Below are positions 39,291-49,957 of a stretch of 64,000 nucleotides of DNA, one piece after another (position 1 is the first letter of the stretch; each line of letters opens with the position of its first letter). The notes under the pieces were generated by a model, which saw only the letters and a program-made list of their open reading frames with translations, ran no database searches and was not told the origin of the DNA. The stretch is from contig CAWELD010000003.1 in the NCBI GenBank assembly GCA_963809895.1, forward strand, positions 1-64,000. Direction: 5' to 3'. The DNA is from an uncultured Gemmatimonadales bacterium (GTDB taxonomy: Bacteria > Gemmatimonadota > Gemmatimonadetes > Longimicrobiales > Gaopeijiaceae). A program made the position numbers and the translations under genes.

Positions 39291-39740
39291 CTAACGCCCT
39301 TCCCGCGAGGCGTTCGCTACGAACAGGATCATCCGCAGGAACCCCGCCTGCCGGGGCAGCTCGCGCTCGCCGGTGGGGAACCCGTTGGCTCGCAGGATGA
39401 AGGCCATCACGTCGGCCACCTTCTGGCGGCTGAGCGCCCCGGGATTGTCGGCGGGCATGGACACCTTGATGCGGTCCAGCATGTCGGCCAGCGAGACCCC
39501 GTTCCAGTTGGCCAGGAAGGCCCCGCCGGTGAGGGCGGGGGCGGTGTCGATACCTCCCAGCGAGGGACCGTGGCAGGTGATGCAGGTGGTGCCGTACACC
39601 TCGCGGCCCCGCTCGGCCTGGGCCTCGGTGTAGACGCCGTCCTGGGTGCTCTGCTCCTGCGCCGCCAGGGGCAGCGCGAAGGCGACGAGGAGCAGGAGCG
39701 CGCCCAGGACGGAGCGCAGCGCGGGTGGGTCGTCGTGCAC
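39291..39740 (-). CDS. Monoheme cytochrome c
   Basis: CITCH, YTEAQAERG, distal MP; signal peptide; GAGGA RBS. Confidence 0.9.
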   Translation of the reverse strand: MHDDPPALRSVLGALLLLVAFALPLAAQEQSTQDGVYTEAQAERGREVYGTTCITCHGPSLGGIDTAPALTGGAFLANWNGVSLADMLDRIKVSMPADNPGALSRQKVADVMAFILRANGFPTGERELPRQAGFLRMILFVANASREGR

Positions 39741-39748
39741 GGGTGTCC

Positions 39749-41875
39749 TCAGTTCTCGGGAAGGGCGTAGGCGATGTACTCGCCCGAGTACGGCCCGCCG
39801 CTCACGGCCACCACGATGTACTGGCGGCCGTCCACCATGTAGGTCATGGGCGAGCCACTCTGGGGCGCGGGCATCCACACGGCGCCCACCTGCTCACCGG
39901 TGGCCTTGTCGTAGGCCCGGAGCATGGCGCCCCGCGGATGGTCCGCGGTGGTGGTGACCTGAGGATCGCCCAGGATCACCAACGTCTTGGTCACCACCAG
40001 CCCCACGCTGCCCCGCTGCCCGGTCTTGGGGATGTCCATCCCCTTCAGGGCAGGGTGATTGCGGACGTTGTCCGGCGTGTCGCCGTGGGGTACCTGCCAG
40101 AGCAGCTCGCCCTGATCCAGGTCGATGGCCGCGAGCAGGCCATAGGGCGGCTTCACGATGGGCAGGCCGTCTACGCTCAGAGACGGCGCCGACCGCCTCG
40201 GCTCATCGGACGGAGGAGGCACGTACGACGGCTCCTTCGGCGCATCGGGGTTGGAGCCGGTGCCCGCCGCCACACGCAGTCGGAAACGCTCGCCCACCAC
40301 GCCGGCCTGATACGCCAGGTCACTGAATCCCTCCGGCGGCGGCGCCACCGACAGCCCCGACACGTAGGAGTTGGCGGCCTGGGCGTAGACGATGTGCGTC
40401 TCCGGATCGTAGCCGCCTCCGGGCCAGTTGGTGCCGCCGCTGGCGTTCCCCACCACGATGGCGCCGGCGATCCCGTCCACGGTGCCCACCACGGGCGGGT
40501 TGTAGATGGGTCCGAGCTTGTAGTGGGACAGGATGTCCAGTGCCTCCGCACGCATCGCCGGCGTGAAGTCGATGACGTCGTCCGGCACCTTCAGGTAGTT
40601 GCGGGCGTAGGCCGCGGGCTTCGTGGGGATGGGCTGCGTGGGTGCGTACCACTCGCCGGGCACGTCGCCGGCGGGCATGGGGGTCTCCTCGATGGGCCAC
40701 ACCGGCTCGCCCGTCACCCGATCGAAGACGTACAGGAAGCTCTGCTTGCTGGGCACCGCCACCGCCTTGATGTCCCGTCCGTCCACGGTGATGTCGGCCA
40801 GGATGGGCGCCGACGACATGTCGTGGTCCCAGATGGCGTGGTGCACGAACTGGAAGTGCCACAGGCGTTCACCGGTATCCAGCTTCACCGCGACCAGGCT
40901 CTCGCCGAACAGGTTGTCGCCGGGGCGCGCGCCGCCGTAGAAGTCCGAGGTCGGCGACTCCACCGGCAGATAGACGATCCCCAGATCCTCGTCCACCGTG
41001 ATCTGGGTCCACACGCCGGTGTTGCCGTTGTTGGCCCACGAGTCGTCGAGCCAGGTGTCGTTGCCGAACTCGCCGGGCCCGGGGATGGTGTTGAAGGTCC
41101 AGACCAGACGCCCGCTGTGGACGTCGTAGGCCCGCACCAGGCCCTTGGAGTTGTTGGACGTCTCGACCGTCATGCCCTCCTTCATGGCCGAGCCCACGAT
41201 CACCATGTCCTTCACCACCGTCGGGGTGGAGTGGAGCCCGATCTCGCCGGTCTCCAGGTCGATCTGCTCGCCGTCGCCCTTGATGACGCCGACCTTCAGG
41301 TCCACCACGCCGTTGTCGCCGAACGCGGGGTCGGGCACACCGGTAGCCGCATCCAGCGAGACCAGCCGGTAGCCCGGCGTCACGTAGATCACGCGGGCGT
41401 TGCCCTGCCCGTCGGTCCAGTACGAGAGCCCGCGTCCGGAGAGCTGGCGCGGCGCGTAGCCGCCCCGGGCGCCCTCGCGCATGCTGTACATCCAGATGAG
41501 CTCGCCGGTCTTGGCGTCCAGGGCGATGGCGGCGCGCCGCGTGCCGGCGGTCGTGTAGAGCACGCCTCCGACCATGAGCGGGGTGCCCTCGAGCTTGTAT
41601 TCGGGGCGGTTGCCCAGGTTGTCGGTCTTGAAGCTCCAGGCCACCTCCAGGTCGTCGAAGTTGCTGGCGTCGATCTGGTCCAGCGGCGAGTAGCGGGTGC
41701 CGCGCACGTCGCCGGTGTAGGAGGGCCACTCGCCGTTGGCGGTGCTGGGCATCCCGGACGCGGTGGCGCCTCCCTCCATCCCTCCGTCGCCGGCGTCGGC
41801 GCAGGCTGCCAGGAGCAGGGATCCCATGGCCAGAAGGGCGGAGGCCTGGATCCTTCGACGTAGCGTTCGCGACAT
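39749..41875 (-). CDS. PQQ-dependent (glucose/quinate-type) dehydrogenase lipoprotein
   Basis: RYSPLDQI..N..LEVAW, EGTPL, WHFQ.VHH.IWD.D, GG.NW.G, PMTY..DGRQYIV. Confidence 0.92.
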   Translation of the reverse strand: MSRTLRRRIQASALLAMGSLLLAACADAGDGGMEGGATASGMPSTANGEWPSYTGDVRGTRYSPLDQIDASNFDDLEVAWSFKTDNLGNRPEYKLEGTPLMVGGVLYTTAGTRRAAIALDAKTGELIWMYSMREGARGGYAPRQLSGRGLSYWTDGQGNARVIYVTPGYRLVSLDAATGVPDPAFGDNGVVDLKVGVIKGDGEQIDLETGEIGLHSTPTVVKDMVIVGSAMKEGMTVETSNNSKGLVRAYDVHSGRLVWTFNTIPGPGEFGNDTWLDDSWANNGNTGVWTQITVDEDLGIVYLPVESPTSDFYGGARPGDNLFGESLVAVKLDTGERLWHFQFVHHAIWDHDMSSAPILADITVDGRDIKAVAVPSKQSFLYVFDRVTGEPVWPIEETPMPAGDVPGEWYAPTQPIPTKPAAYARNYLKVPDDVIDFTPAMRAEALDILSHYKLGPIYNPPVVGTVDGIAGAIVVGNASGGTNWPGGGYDPETHIVYAQAANSYVSGLSVAPPPEGFSDLAYQAGVVGERFRLRVAAGTGSNPDAPKEPSYVPPPSDEPRRSAPSLSVDGLPIVKPPYGLLAAIDLDQGELLWQVPHGDTPDNVRNHPALKGMDIPKTGQRGSVGLVVTKTLVILGDPQVTTTADHPRGAMLRAYDKATGEQVGAVWMPAPQSGSPMTYMVDGRQYIVVAVSGGPYSGEYIAYALPEN

Positions 41876-41972
41876 GGTCAACTCCGGGTGTGGTGCCGGC
41901 TCCCGCGACATGGACGGGGAAGCCTCGGTGGGTGCAGAGTCTATGGGCTGCCCGGGCCCTCCGGCCAGCGCG

Positions 41973-44312
41973 TCAGTTCCCCCTGGGCACGTACTTCCTC
42001 AGGCGTCGCGGGCCCACTTCGGCGCCGTAGACGGTGCCGTCGGCGCTCACGGCCACGCCTTCGGCGCCGCTGGTGGCGGAGTGGTCCGGGTCGGGCTCGG
42101 GGTCGGGGATGAAGGCGGTCACCACGCCGTCCCGGACGCTGCCGACGCGGATGCCACGCTTCACGCCGGGATTCCGTGCGGTGTTGGATTCCGAGTCCGC
42201 CACGTACATGACGTCGTTGTGGTCGATGAAGATGCCGCTGGGGCGCCCGAACTGGGTCCAGGTGGCCAGGTGGTTGCCGTCCTGGTCGAAGATCTGGATG
42301 CGGCTGTTGGCCCGGTCGCCCACGAAGAGCCGGCCCTGGGAGTCCATGGCCAGCGCATGGGGATCCCGGAACTCGCCGTCGGCGGTGCCGGTGCGTCCCC
42401 ACGCTGTGATGAAGCTGCCGTCGGCGGCCAGCTTGACGATGCGGTTGTTGCCGTCGGCGCCGTGGCCGTCGGCCACGAAGATGGAGCCGTCGGGCGCCAC
42501 CAGCACGTCGGAGGGCTGATTGAAGGTGTCGGGGCCGTCGCCGGCCACGCCGGCCTTGCCCAGGCTGCGGAGCAGGCGCCCGTCGGGGCTGAACTCGTGG
42601 ACCTGGTGTCCCTTGCCCTCGCCCCCCCGGGCGTCGGTGACCCACACGTTGCCGTCGGCGTCCACGAACATCCCATGGGGCCACAGCAGCACGCCGGCGC
42701 CGAAGCTCCGGAGCGCCTCGCCGTCGGGAGAGAAGAGGATGATGGGATCGACGTCGGGCGAGTCCGCGCAACTGTTGGCGCCGCAGCGCTCCGCCACCCA
42801 GATGTCGCCGGTGGGGGTGGTGAAGACCGCGCTGGTGGAGCCCCAACTCCGGCCACCGGGCAGGTGCGCCCAGTCGTCGATGGCCCGGTACGGATTGTCC
42901 TGGGCGGCGGCGTTCGCCGGGGCCAGGGCCGAGGCGGTGGCCGCCGCGGCCAGCGCGAGCACGAGACCGAGGGCCTGTCGATCCGGAAGGGGCATGTCGG
43001 TGTCTCCTTGGGGGGATGCGAAGCGGCGTAGCGCCAGCCAGCCACCGCCGGCGATCAGCGCGGCGAGGGCCAGCGCGCCCGCTCCTGCGGACAGGGTCGC
43101 CCACGGCAGGTCGTACTGGAGCAGGATCTGGCCCCGCGCCGTCATCCAGTGCCACGCCGTGTGGGCCACCAGCGCCGACAGGATGATGCTCCCCACGCGG
43201 GCCTCCACCACGAAACGGAAGAGGAGCGCCAGCGCCGGGATCAGCGCGGACAGCACCAGGAGCTGGCCCAGCTCCACGCCCAGGTTGAACGACAGGAGCG
43301 AGGTCAGGAGGTGGCCACCGGCGAACTGGAGCGTCTCGCGCAGGGCGAAGGAGAACCCGAAGCCGTGCACGAGACCGAAGCCGAAGGCGTAGATCCAGCG
43401 GCGCTCCAGCTTGGCGCCGGCGATGTTCTCCAGCGCCATGAAAACGATGGAGGCGGCGATGAGGGTCTCCACCAGCGGTGGGAACCAGAGTCCCGACGGC
43501 GCCAGCCCGTACGCCGACGCGGCCAGCGTGACGGAGTGGGCCACCGTGAAGGCGGTCACCACCGAGACCAACGAGCGCAGCCGCCGCACGGGAATCACCA
43601 GGCACAGCAGGAAGAGCAGGTGGTCGAGGCCGTGCAGGATGTGATCGAAGCCCAGCGCGACGAAGCGAAGGGCCGCCTGGTACCAGTGCGGGTCCAGGCG
43701 CACGATCCCCGGGTCGCCCACGTACTCGTAGGCACGCTCTGGACCGTCGGCGGGCACGAAACGCAGCACCGTCACGACGCGGAGGCCCAGGCGGGCCAGG
43801 GCCGGCCGCACGGAGAAGTCCGAGGCGTCGGAGGTGATGGGGTACTCGAGGAGCACGTCCATCATGGCCTGACGCCAGTAGAGGTTGGTGCTTTCGGTGA
43901 GCGGCGGCGCGTCCATGTGGGTCAGCGCGCTCCGGAACGCGCCGAAGGAGCGGTCCGAGGGCAGCGACACGCGCACGGCGGACACCTCACCGGCGGGAAG
44001 CCGCCGGCCGTCCTCGTAGACCGCCATCTCGTTGGCGAGCCAGACCGTGGCCGCGGTCTTCAGCTCGGGACCGGCCTGGGGGATCTCCAGGTAGCCCGGT
44101 CCCCGCAGCGGCAGCTCCACGTCCCGCATGGCTTCCAGGGGCACCCTCATGAGCACCTGGAGCCGGTCGTGGTCGGGGTGCACGAAGGCCCGGACCAGGA
44201 CATCCACCGGGATGTCGTGGGGCGGCGGAGGCCCGGACAGCGCGCTGGCAGGCAGGAGGAGCCCCGCACCCACCAGGCACGCGCCGAAAACAGCCAACTT
44301 CGTACGCCGCAC
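41973..44312 (-). CDS. HupE/UreJ-family membrane domain fused in frame to an NHL-repeat (PAL-like) propeller
   Basis: HILHGLDHLLFL, AFTVAHSVTL, FGLVHGFGF, FNLGVELGQ; then WPHG, FNQPSDV, FRDPH, DRANSRIQIF; internal AGGAG plus ATG at 42995. Confidence 0.82.
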   Translation of the reverse strand: MRRTKLAVFGACLVGAGLLLPASALSGPPPPHDIPVDVLVRAFVHPDHDRLQVLMRVPLEAMRDVELPLRGPGYLEIPQAGPELKTAATVWLANEMAVYEDGRRLPAGEVSAVRVSLPSDRSFGAFRSALTHMDAPPLTESTNLYWRQAMMDVLLEYPITSDASDFSVRPALARLGLRVVTVLRFVPADGPERAYEYVGDPGIVRLDPHWYQAALRFVALGFDHILHGLDHLLFLLCLVIPVRRLRSLVSVVTAFTVAHSVTLAASAYGLAPSGLWFPPLVETLIAASIVFMALENIAGAKLERRWIYAFGFGLVHGFGFSFALRETLQFAGGHLLTSLLSFNLGVELGQLLVLSALIPALALLFRFVVEARVGSIILSALVAHTAWHWMTARGQILLQYDLPWATLSAGAGALALAALIAGGGWLALRRFASPQGDTDMPLPDRQALGLVLALAAAATASALAPANAAAQDNPYRAIDDWAHLPGGRSWGSTSAVFTTPTGDIWVAERCGANSCADSPDVDPIILFSPDGEALRSFGAGVLLWPHGMFVDADGNVWVTDARGGEGKGHQVHEFSPDGRLLRSLGKAGVAGDGPDTFNQPSDVLVAPDGSIFVADGHGADGNNRIVKLAADGSFITAWGRTGTADGEFRDPHALAMDSQGRLFVGDRANSRIQIFDQDGNHLATWTQFGRPSGIFIDHNDVMYVADSESNTARNPGVKRGIRVGSVRDGVVTAFIPDPEPDPDHSATSGAEGVAVSADGTVYGAEVGPRRLRKYVPRGN

Positions 44313-44522
44313 GAATCCTCCTGCCGGGAGAGGGGGTGCCGGCAACGGCCGGCCCGGGCACCAGAAGGGTCACGAGGAGGCCAATATACACCTCGTCGCC
44401 GGACGTGCGACCGCCGCCCGCTTTCGGGGGCCGCGGTGCTCGACCTATACTCCCCGCCGCCACGGTGTCCCTCCGTTCCGCCGGTGGGCACTCCGACGTC
44501 CCTCCCCGTCGCGAGGTCGAGC

Positions 44523-45729
44523 ATGAAGCGGATGCCCGCATCGGTCCTGTGCCTGGTCCTGGCCGCCTTCGCCACGTCCTGCGGCGGTGCGCCACCTGAC
44601 GGTCGCCGGCGCCATGGAGGACGGTGCGCAGGCGACGGCCCAGGATGCTACCATGGCGCCCACGTTCGAGGTGGATCCGCTGTGGCCCAAGCCGCTGCCC
44701 AACCACTGGGTGTTGGGCTCGGTGATCGGGGTGTCGGTGGACTCCAGGGATCACGTCTGGATCATCCACCGCCAGGGATCCCTCAATGCCCGGACCGAGA
44801 TCGGTGCGGCCGCCGATCCACCCACGGGTGAGTGCTGCGTACCGGCGCCCAACATCCTGGAGTTCGATCCCGAGGGGAACCTGGTGCAGGCGTGGGGCGG
44901 GCCCGGCGAGGGCTACGACTGGCCCACCTCGAACCACGGCATCACCGTGGATCCCATGGACAACGTCTGGATCGGGGGCAACGGGCCGCAGGATGCCCAC
45001 ATCCTGAAGTTCGCCCGCGACGGCACCTTCCTCATGCAGCTGGGCAAGCCGGGCCAGAGCTCGGGGAGCAACGACACCATCAACTTCGGGCGGGTCGCCA
45101 AGATCGCCTTCGATGCCGAGGCCCACGAGGCCTACGTGGCCGACGGCTACGGCAACAAGCGCGTGGTGGTGCTGGACATGGACACCGGGGCCTTCAAGCG
45201 CTACTGGGGGGCGTACGGCAACCGACCCGACGACGCCAACCTGGGGCCCTACGATCCCTCCGCGCCTCCTGCGCAGCAGTTCCGGAATCCCGTGCACTGC
45301 GCCATGCCCTCCGACGACGGGCTGCTCTACGTGTGCGACCGCCCCAACGACCGCATCCAGGTCTTCCAGAAGGACGGTACCTTCGTGCAGGAGATGTTCG
45401 TGGCTCCCGAGACCCTGGGCGACGGCTCCACCTGGGACATCGCCTTCTCCCGGGATCCCGAGCAGACCTACATCTACCTGGCCGACGGCAAGAACGAGAA
45501 GGTCTACGTCATCCTGCGGAGCGAGATGAAGATCCTCACGAGCTTCGGCGACGGCGGACGCCAGCCCGGGCAGTTCTTCGCCGTGCACAGCATCGCCACC
45601 GACTCGAAGGGCAACATCTACACCACCGAGACCTACGAGGGGAAGCGGCTCCAGAAGTTCGTCTACAAGGGTATGGGCCCGGTCACGGCCGAGAACCAGG
45701 GCGTCGTGTGGCCGGAGGGGGCGCGCTGA
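44523..45729 (+). CDS. NHL-repeat lipoprotein; frameshift near 44605
   Basis: MKRMPASVLCLVLAAFATSC lipobox in one frame; FEVDPLWPKPLPNHW..ADGYGN..CDR.NDRIQVF in the next. Confidence 0.82.
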
Positions 45730-45733
45730 CGAC

Positions 45734-47107
45734 TCAGCCGACGGGCACCTCGGGGGTGTCGATGAGTGACACCGCCTCGTCGATCTCCGCCTGGGTGAGC
45801 TCGTGCCGCTCGAGCTTGCCGGCGAAGTAGTCCTGGTAGGCCGACATGTCGAAGTGGCCGTGGCCGCACAGGTTGAAGAGGATCGTGCGAGCCTTGCCCT
45901 CCTCCTTGGCCCGCTCCGCCTCGCGGATGGCGCTGGCGATGGCGTGGTTGGCCTCGGGCGCCGGGATGATCCCCTCGGCCCGAGCGAAGCTCACGCCCGC
46001 TTCGAAGCTCTCGAGCTGATCCACCGCCTCCGCGTCCATGAGTCCGTCCTTGAGGAGCTGGCTCACGATGACCCCGGCGCCGTGATAGCGGAGACCGCCG
46101 GCGTGGATCTTGGCCGGGACGAAGGTGTGGCCCAGCGTGTACATGGGCAGGAGCGGCGTCATGCCCACCGTGTCGCCGAAGTCGTAGCGGAACACGCCCC
46201 GGGTGAGCTTGGGACACGACGTGGGCTCGCTGGCGAGGCACCGGATCGAGGCGCCCTCGGTCAGGTTCAGGCGCAGGAACGGGAAGGCCAGCCCCGCGAA
46301 GTTGGAGCCGCCGCCGAAGGGCGCGATCACCACGTCGGGGCGTTCTCCGGCCATCTCCATCTGGACGAGCGCCTCTTGCCCGATCACCGTCTGGTGCAGG
46401 AGCACGTGGTTCAGCACGCTGCCCAGGGAGTACTTGGTGCCGTCGTCGGTGGCCGCGGCTTCCACGGCCTCCGAGATGGCGATGCCGAGGCTGCCGGGAG
46501 AGTCCGGATGCTCCGCCAGGATCTTCCGGCCCGCTTCGGTCTCGTCGCTGGGTGATGCCACCACGTCGGCGCCCCAGGTGTTCATCATCAGCTTGCGATA
46601 GGGCTTCTGCTCGTAGCTGATCTTCACCATGAACACCCGGCACTGGATGTCGAAGAGCTGGCAGGCCAGCGCCAGCGCGCTCCCCCACTGTCCGGCGCCG
46701 GTCTCGGTGGTGATGCGCTTTACGCCCTCGCGGGCGTTGTAGAAGGCCTGCGCCACCGCGGTGTTGGGCTTGTGCGAGCCCGCCGGGCTCACGCCTTCGT
46801 ACTTGTAGTAGATGTGGGCGGGGGTATCGAGGAGCTTCTCCAGGCGGCGGGCCCGGTAGAGCGGGGTGGGCCGCCACAGCTTGTAGACGTCCCGGACCTC
46901 TTCCGGGATCTCCACCCAGGGCTCGGCGCTCACCTCCTGCTGGATGAGTCCCATGGGAAAGAGGGGCGCCAGGGCCTCGGGGCCGATGGGCTCGCGAGTC
47001 GCCGGGTTCAGGGGCGGCGCCGGCTTGTTCGGCATGTCCGCCACGATGTTGTACCAGCGCTCGGGGATGTCCTTCTCGTCCAGCAGGTACTTCGTCCTTC
47101 CGCTCAT
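45734..47107 (-). CDS. trpB2: TrpB2-type tryptophan synthase beta (stand-alone, PLP enzyme)
   Basis: [51 protein letters not shown]. Confidence 0.93.
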   Translation of the reverse strand: MSGRTKYLLDEKDIPERWYNIVADMPNKPAPPLNPATREPIGPEALAPLFPMGLIQQEVSAEPWVEIPEEVRDVYKLWRPTPLYRARRLEKLLDTPAHIYYKYEGVSPAGSHKPNTAVAQAFYNAREGVKRITTETGAGQWGSALALACQLFDIQCRVFMVKISYEQKPYRKLMMNTWGADVVASPSDETEAGRKILAEHPDSPGSLGIAISEAVEAAATDDGTKYSLGSVLNHVLLHQTVIGQEALVQMEMAGERPDVVIAPFGGGSNFAGLAFPFLRLNLTEGASIRCLASEPTSCPKLTRGVFRYDFGDTVGMTPLLPMYTLGHTFVPAKIHAGGLRYHGAGVIVSQLLKDGLMDAEAVDQLESFEAGVSFARAEGIIPAPEANHAIASAIREAERAKEEGKARTILFNLCGHGHFDMSAYQDYFAGKLERHELTQAEIDEAVSLIDTPEVPVG

Positions 47108-47334
47108 GTCGGTGGGCTTCCGTCACGGGGTGTCGTGGACGCCCGTGGGGCGTCGTCGTGCGGGGGGATTGATGCCGCTTCGGAGTGCCGCCGTCAAATC
47201 CGCCAGGCCGAATTCCCGGGTTCGCGGCAAGAGCGTAATGCCCCCGTTCCGGCGCCGTATTGGCACTGGACCACATCGAGACGTGGTCGGACCCGAGCGG
47301 ACCCTCCCGTTCGATGGCGCCATGGTGAGGCCTC

Positions 47335-48441
47335 ATGCGTAGCGGACGAAAGTGGTTGGGAAGCGCGGGACGGGTATTGCTCGCGACTGCGGCGCTGACC
47401 GCATGTGACAGTCCGACCGAGCCGGGTGTGACCGTTTTCGCCGATGGCGAGGGCTACGGGTTTCCTCAGCTGGACGAGGGCGACTTCATCGTCCAGTTCG
47501 CGTTCCAGCCCGACGAGACGCTCTGGGTTCGAACGCTCGGGGGTGCATTGATCCGGGTCGTGGACGGCACGTCGACCTACCACGCCGAGTCCATGCTCGG
47601 GGGTGACAAGGCCACCGACCTGTTCCGAGCCCCCGACGGGAGGCTCTGGATCGCCTTCGAGGACGGCTACGGAGTTCTGGACGGCACGCACTGGACCTGG
47701 TGGAATGCACCCGCCGAGAAGCTGCCCGGCACCGCGATTCGACAGATCGCCGTGAACGGAGCGGGTGAGGTGCTCATGGCCGCGGGTCACGCCGACGCCG
47801 GCGGATTGCTCTTTCTCCGCGGGGGAGTCTGGTCCTCGTTGACGCCGGACAACTCGGCGCTGCCCAGCTCTGTCACGCACGAAATCGAGCCCGACGGCAA
47901 CGGCGATTTCTGGGTCGCTCAACCGACCGTGGTCGACCATCACGGAGGCCTCAGCCGGATCTCGGCAGGCCAGGTGACAGACGTTCTCTCGAAGGACTCC
48001 GGCCTGCTGTATGACTGGGCAGACGCGCTGGAGGTCGTCGGAAACCGGCTCTACATCGGCTTTGAGGTCTTTCCCATCAATCGGACGACGCCCGACGGTG
48101 CGTTTCCCGATGGAGGGCTCCAGATCCTCTCCACCTCCGACGGCGACCTGCAATCGAGGTTCCCGTTCGAAACGGGAATCACGTCGAATCGGATCGTCTC
48201 GATGGTCTACGCAGGGGGATTCCTCTGGTTCACCACCGGACTGGACGAGGCCCGTCCGGGATGTGAGACGTGCTTCTCGGGCATCGGTCGCCTGGCCCCG
48301 GACGGGACGTTCGAGGTCCGATCCGCCCTCACCACCGACGACCTCGAGCCCAACGAGTTCCTGCCCTGGATCGACACGAGTCCTTCCGGCGGAGTCTACG
48401 TCATCGTCGACGGGCGCCGGATCGAGCGCGTGCGCTTCTAG
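47335..48441 (+). CDS. Beta-propeller lipoprotein (two-component-regulator-propeller-like repeats)
   Basis: Lipobox LTAC; repeats DGRLWI, DNSALPS..D.NGDFW. Confidence 0.72.
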   Translation: MRSGRKWLGSAGRVLLATAALTACDSPTEPGVTVFADGEGYGFPQLDEGDFIVQFAFQPDETLWVRTLGGALIRVVDGTSTYHAESMLGGDKATDLFRAPDGRLWIAFEDGYGVLDGTHWTWWNAPAEKLPGTAIRQIAVNGAGEVLMAAGHADAGGLLFLRGGVWSSLTPDNSALPSSVTHEIEPDGNGDFWVAQPTVVDHHGGLSRISAGQVTDVLSKDSGLLYDWADALEVVGNRLYIGFEVFPINRTTPDGAFPDGGLQILSTSDGDLQSRFPFETGITSNRIVSMVYAGGFLWFTTGLDEARPGCETCFSGIGRLAPDGTFEVRSALTTDDLEPNEFLPWIDTSPSGGVYVIVDGRRIERVRF

Positions 48442-49862
48442 GGACTTCCTCCCCCGTCCGGCTCCACCGGGGGCACGCTCAATCCCCGGGCCGTTCCCAT
48501 GCTCGCTACGGCCCAGCCGCGCCGGCGGGCGTGCGCCAGGACCAGCGCCTCGTCCAGCGGCGACATCACGTCCGGGGCGTAGAGCCATCGCAGCGAGGGG
48601 ACCCACGCCAGCAGCGCTCCCGGCGCGTCCGGGAGGTCCACCGGCTCCAGACGCACGGAGTCGGCGCCCACCCGTAGCCAGCGCCCGTCGGCCACGGGGC
48701 TGACGCCGGCCCACGACACGTGGTGCCCCCGCAGGATGGCGTAGGCGAAGGGCTCGGCGCCGGGACCCACGTAGGCCGGGATCCCGTGGGCGGCCAGTCC
48801 CGCCACGCCTCCGTTGCCGGTGCGCACCGGTGCCACGAGCGCACCCGCCACGGGAGCCGGATCTTCGGCGGCCAACGCGGTCAGTGCGCGGTCCAGGTTG
48901 AGCGGGGCCTGGCCGGTCTCGAGGAGGAGCCACGAGCCGCCGACCCGAACGGCGCCTCGCGGGGCCCCGATGCCGTGGAACTGCAGGAGCCCTGGGCTCG
49001 GCCGCGTGATGGAGTCCACGGGCACGTCGTGCATAGCCCGGTTTTCCGTGCGGAAGAATGCACGCCGGAGCGAATCTGAGACGGCGAAGGAGTCGGCGGG
49101 TGCCACCGCATCGAGATCGGCCGACAGGACGCTCATGCGCTTGTAGGGGCGTCCGACCCGCCAGACGTCCCACTGCGTGGGGAGCATGACCCCACCTGGA
49201 AAGGCTCGCCAACTGGCGTACCAGACCTCCACGTCCATCTCGCCCCAGGGGGCCAGACCGTAGTCCAGCGGCTGCGCGGCCCTGAACCGGACCAGGGTCG
49301 GGAGGCCGTCGCCCCGGCGGAAGTAGACGGTGGTGGGTCGGCCGTCGAGGGTGGCCCGCACTCGTGCGTGTCGAAGGCCCGACATGACGGTGTCGCCGAC
49401 CGTGCGCAGGTCGGTGGCACCGGCGAGCTCCAGGACGAGCCGATCGGGGGAGTAGGCGAAGTGCTCGCGACGCTCGTCGACGTAGGCGGCGCTCAGCGGT
49501 GCGAAGCCCTCACCGAAGTCGCGGATGGCGACGCTGTCGCGCACCACGTCCACCGCCGTTCGGCTCCCGAATTGACGCGTGTTGCGCCAGGCGGGGATCG
49601 AGTAGTCCCGGAGCTCGGTGTGGCGCTCGTACGAGGGGCGATCCTGTCCGGGACGATCATCGAAGCCCGTGCGCTGCCACTGGGTCAGCATCTCCAGACG
49701 CACCCGCCGGACGTCGCGCAGGGCCGGGCCCCCCATGCGTGCAATCGCCGTGTCCACCACCGCCAGGGCGGCGCCATTGCGCACCACCGTCTGGCTCCGC
49801 GCCGGCCCGGCCGCCGTCGTCAGGATCATCACCGCCGTGAACCTCCGGCACCACCGCTTCAT
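48438..49862 (-). CDS. Secreted hypothetical protein with degenerate metallo-beta-lactamase-like C-terminus
   Basis: Signal peptide; AIARMGG..L; LLAWVPSLRWLYAPD; His metal motif not seen. Confidence 0.68.
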   Translation of the reverse strand: MKRWCRRFTAVMILTTAAGPARSQTVVRNGAALAVVDTAIARMGGPALRDVRRVRLEMLTQWQRTGFDDRPGQDRPSYERHTELRDYSIPAWRNTRQFGSRTAVDVVRDSVAIRDFGEGFAPLSAAYVDERREHFAYSPDRLVLELAGATDLRTVGDTVMSGLRHARVRATLDGRPTTVYFRRGDGLPTLVRFRAAQPLDYGLAPWGEMDVEVWYASWRAFPGGVMLPTQWDVWRVGRPYKRMSVLSADLDAVAPADSFAVSDSLRRAFFRTENRAMHDVPVDSITRPSPGLLQFHGIGAPRGAVRVGGSWLLLETGQAPLNLDRALTALAAEDPAPVAGALVAPVRTGNGGVAGLAAHGIPAYVGPGAEPFAYAILRGHHVSWAGVSPVADGRWLRVGADSVRLEPVDLPDAPGALLAWVPSLRWLYAPDVMSPLDEALVLAHARRRGWAVASMGTARGLSVPPVEPDGGGSP

Positions 49863-49957
49863 CGTCGCCTCCCGTCCGGGTCCATTTCCGTGAACCTGAA
49901 GGCGGCATGGCTGGCGTGGTATCGGCCAAACGGTTGAACGGCGCCCGGGCGCCCCCC

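Noticed and set aside
47108..47334. Trp attenuator or leader peptide before trpB2
   Set aside because: No Trp-rich leader ORF or terminator/antiterminator pair seen
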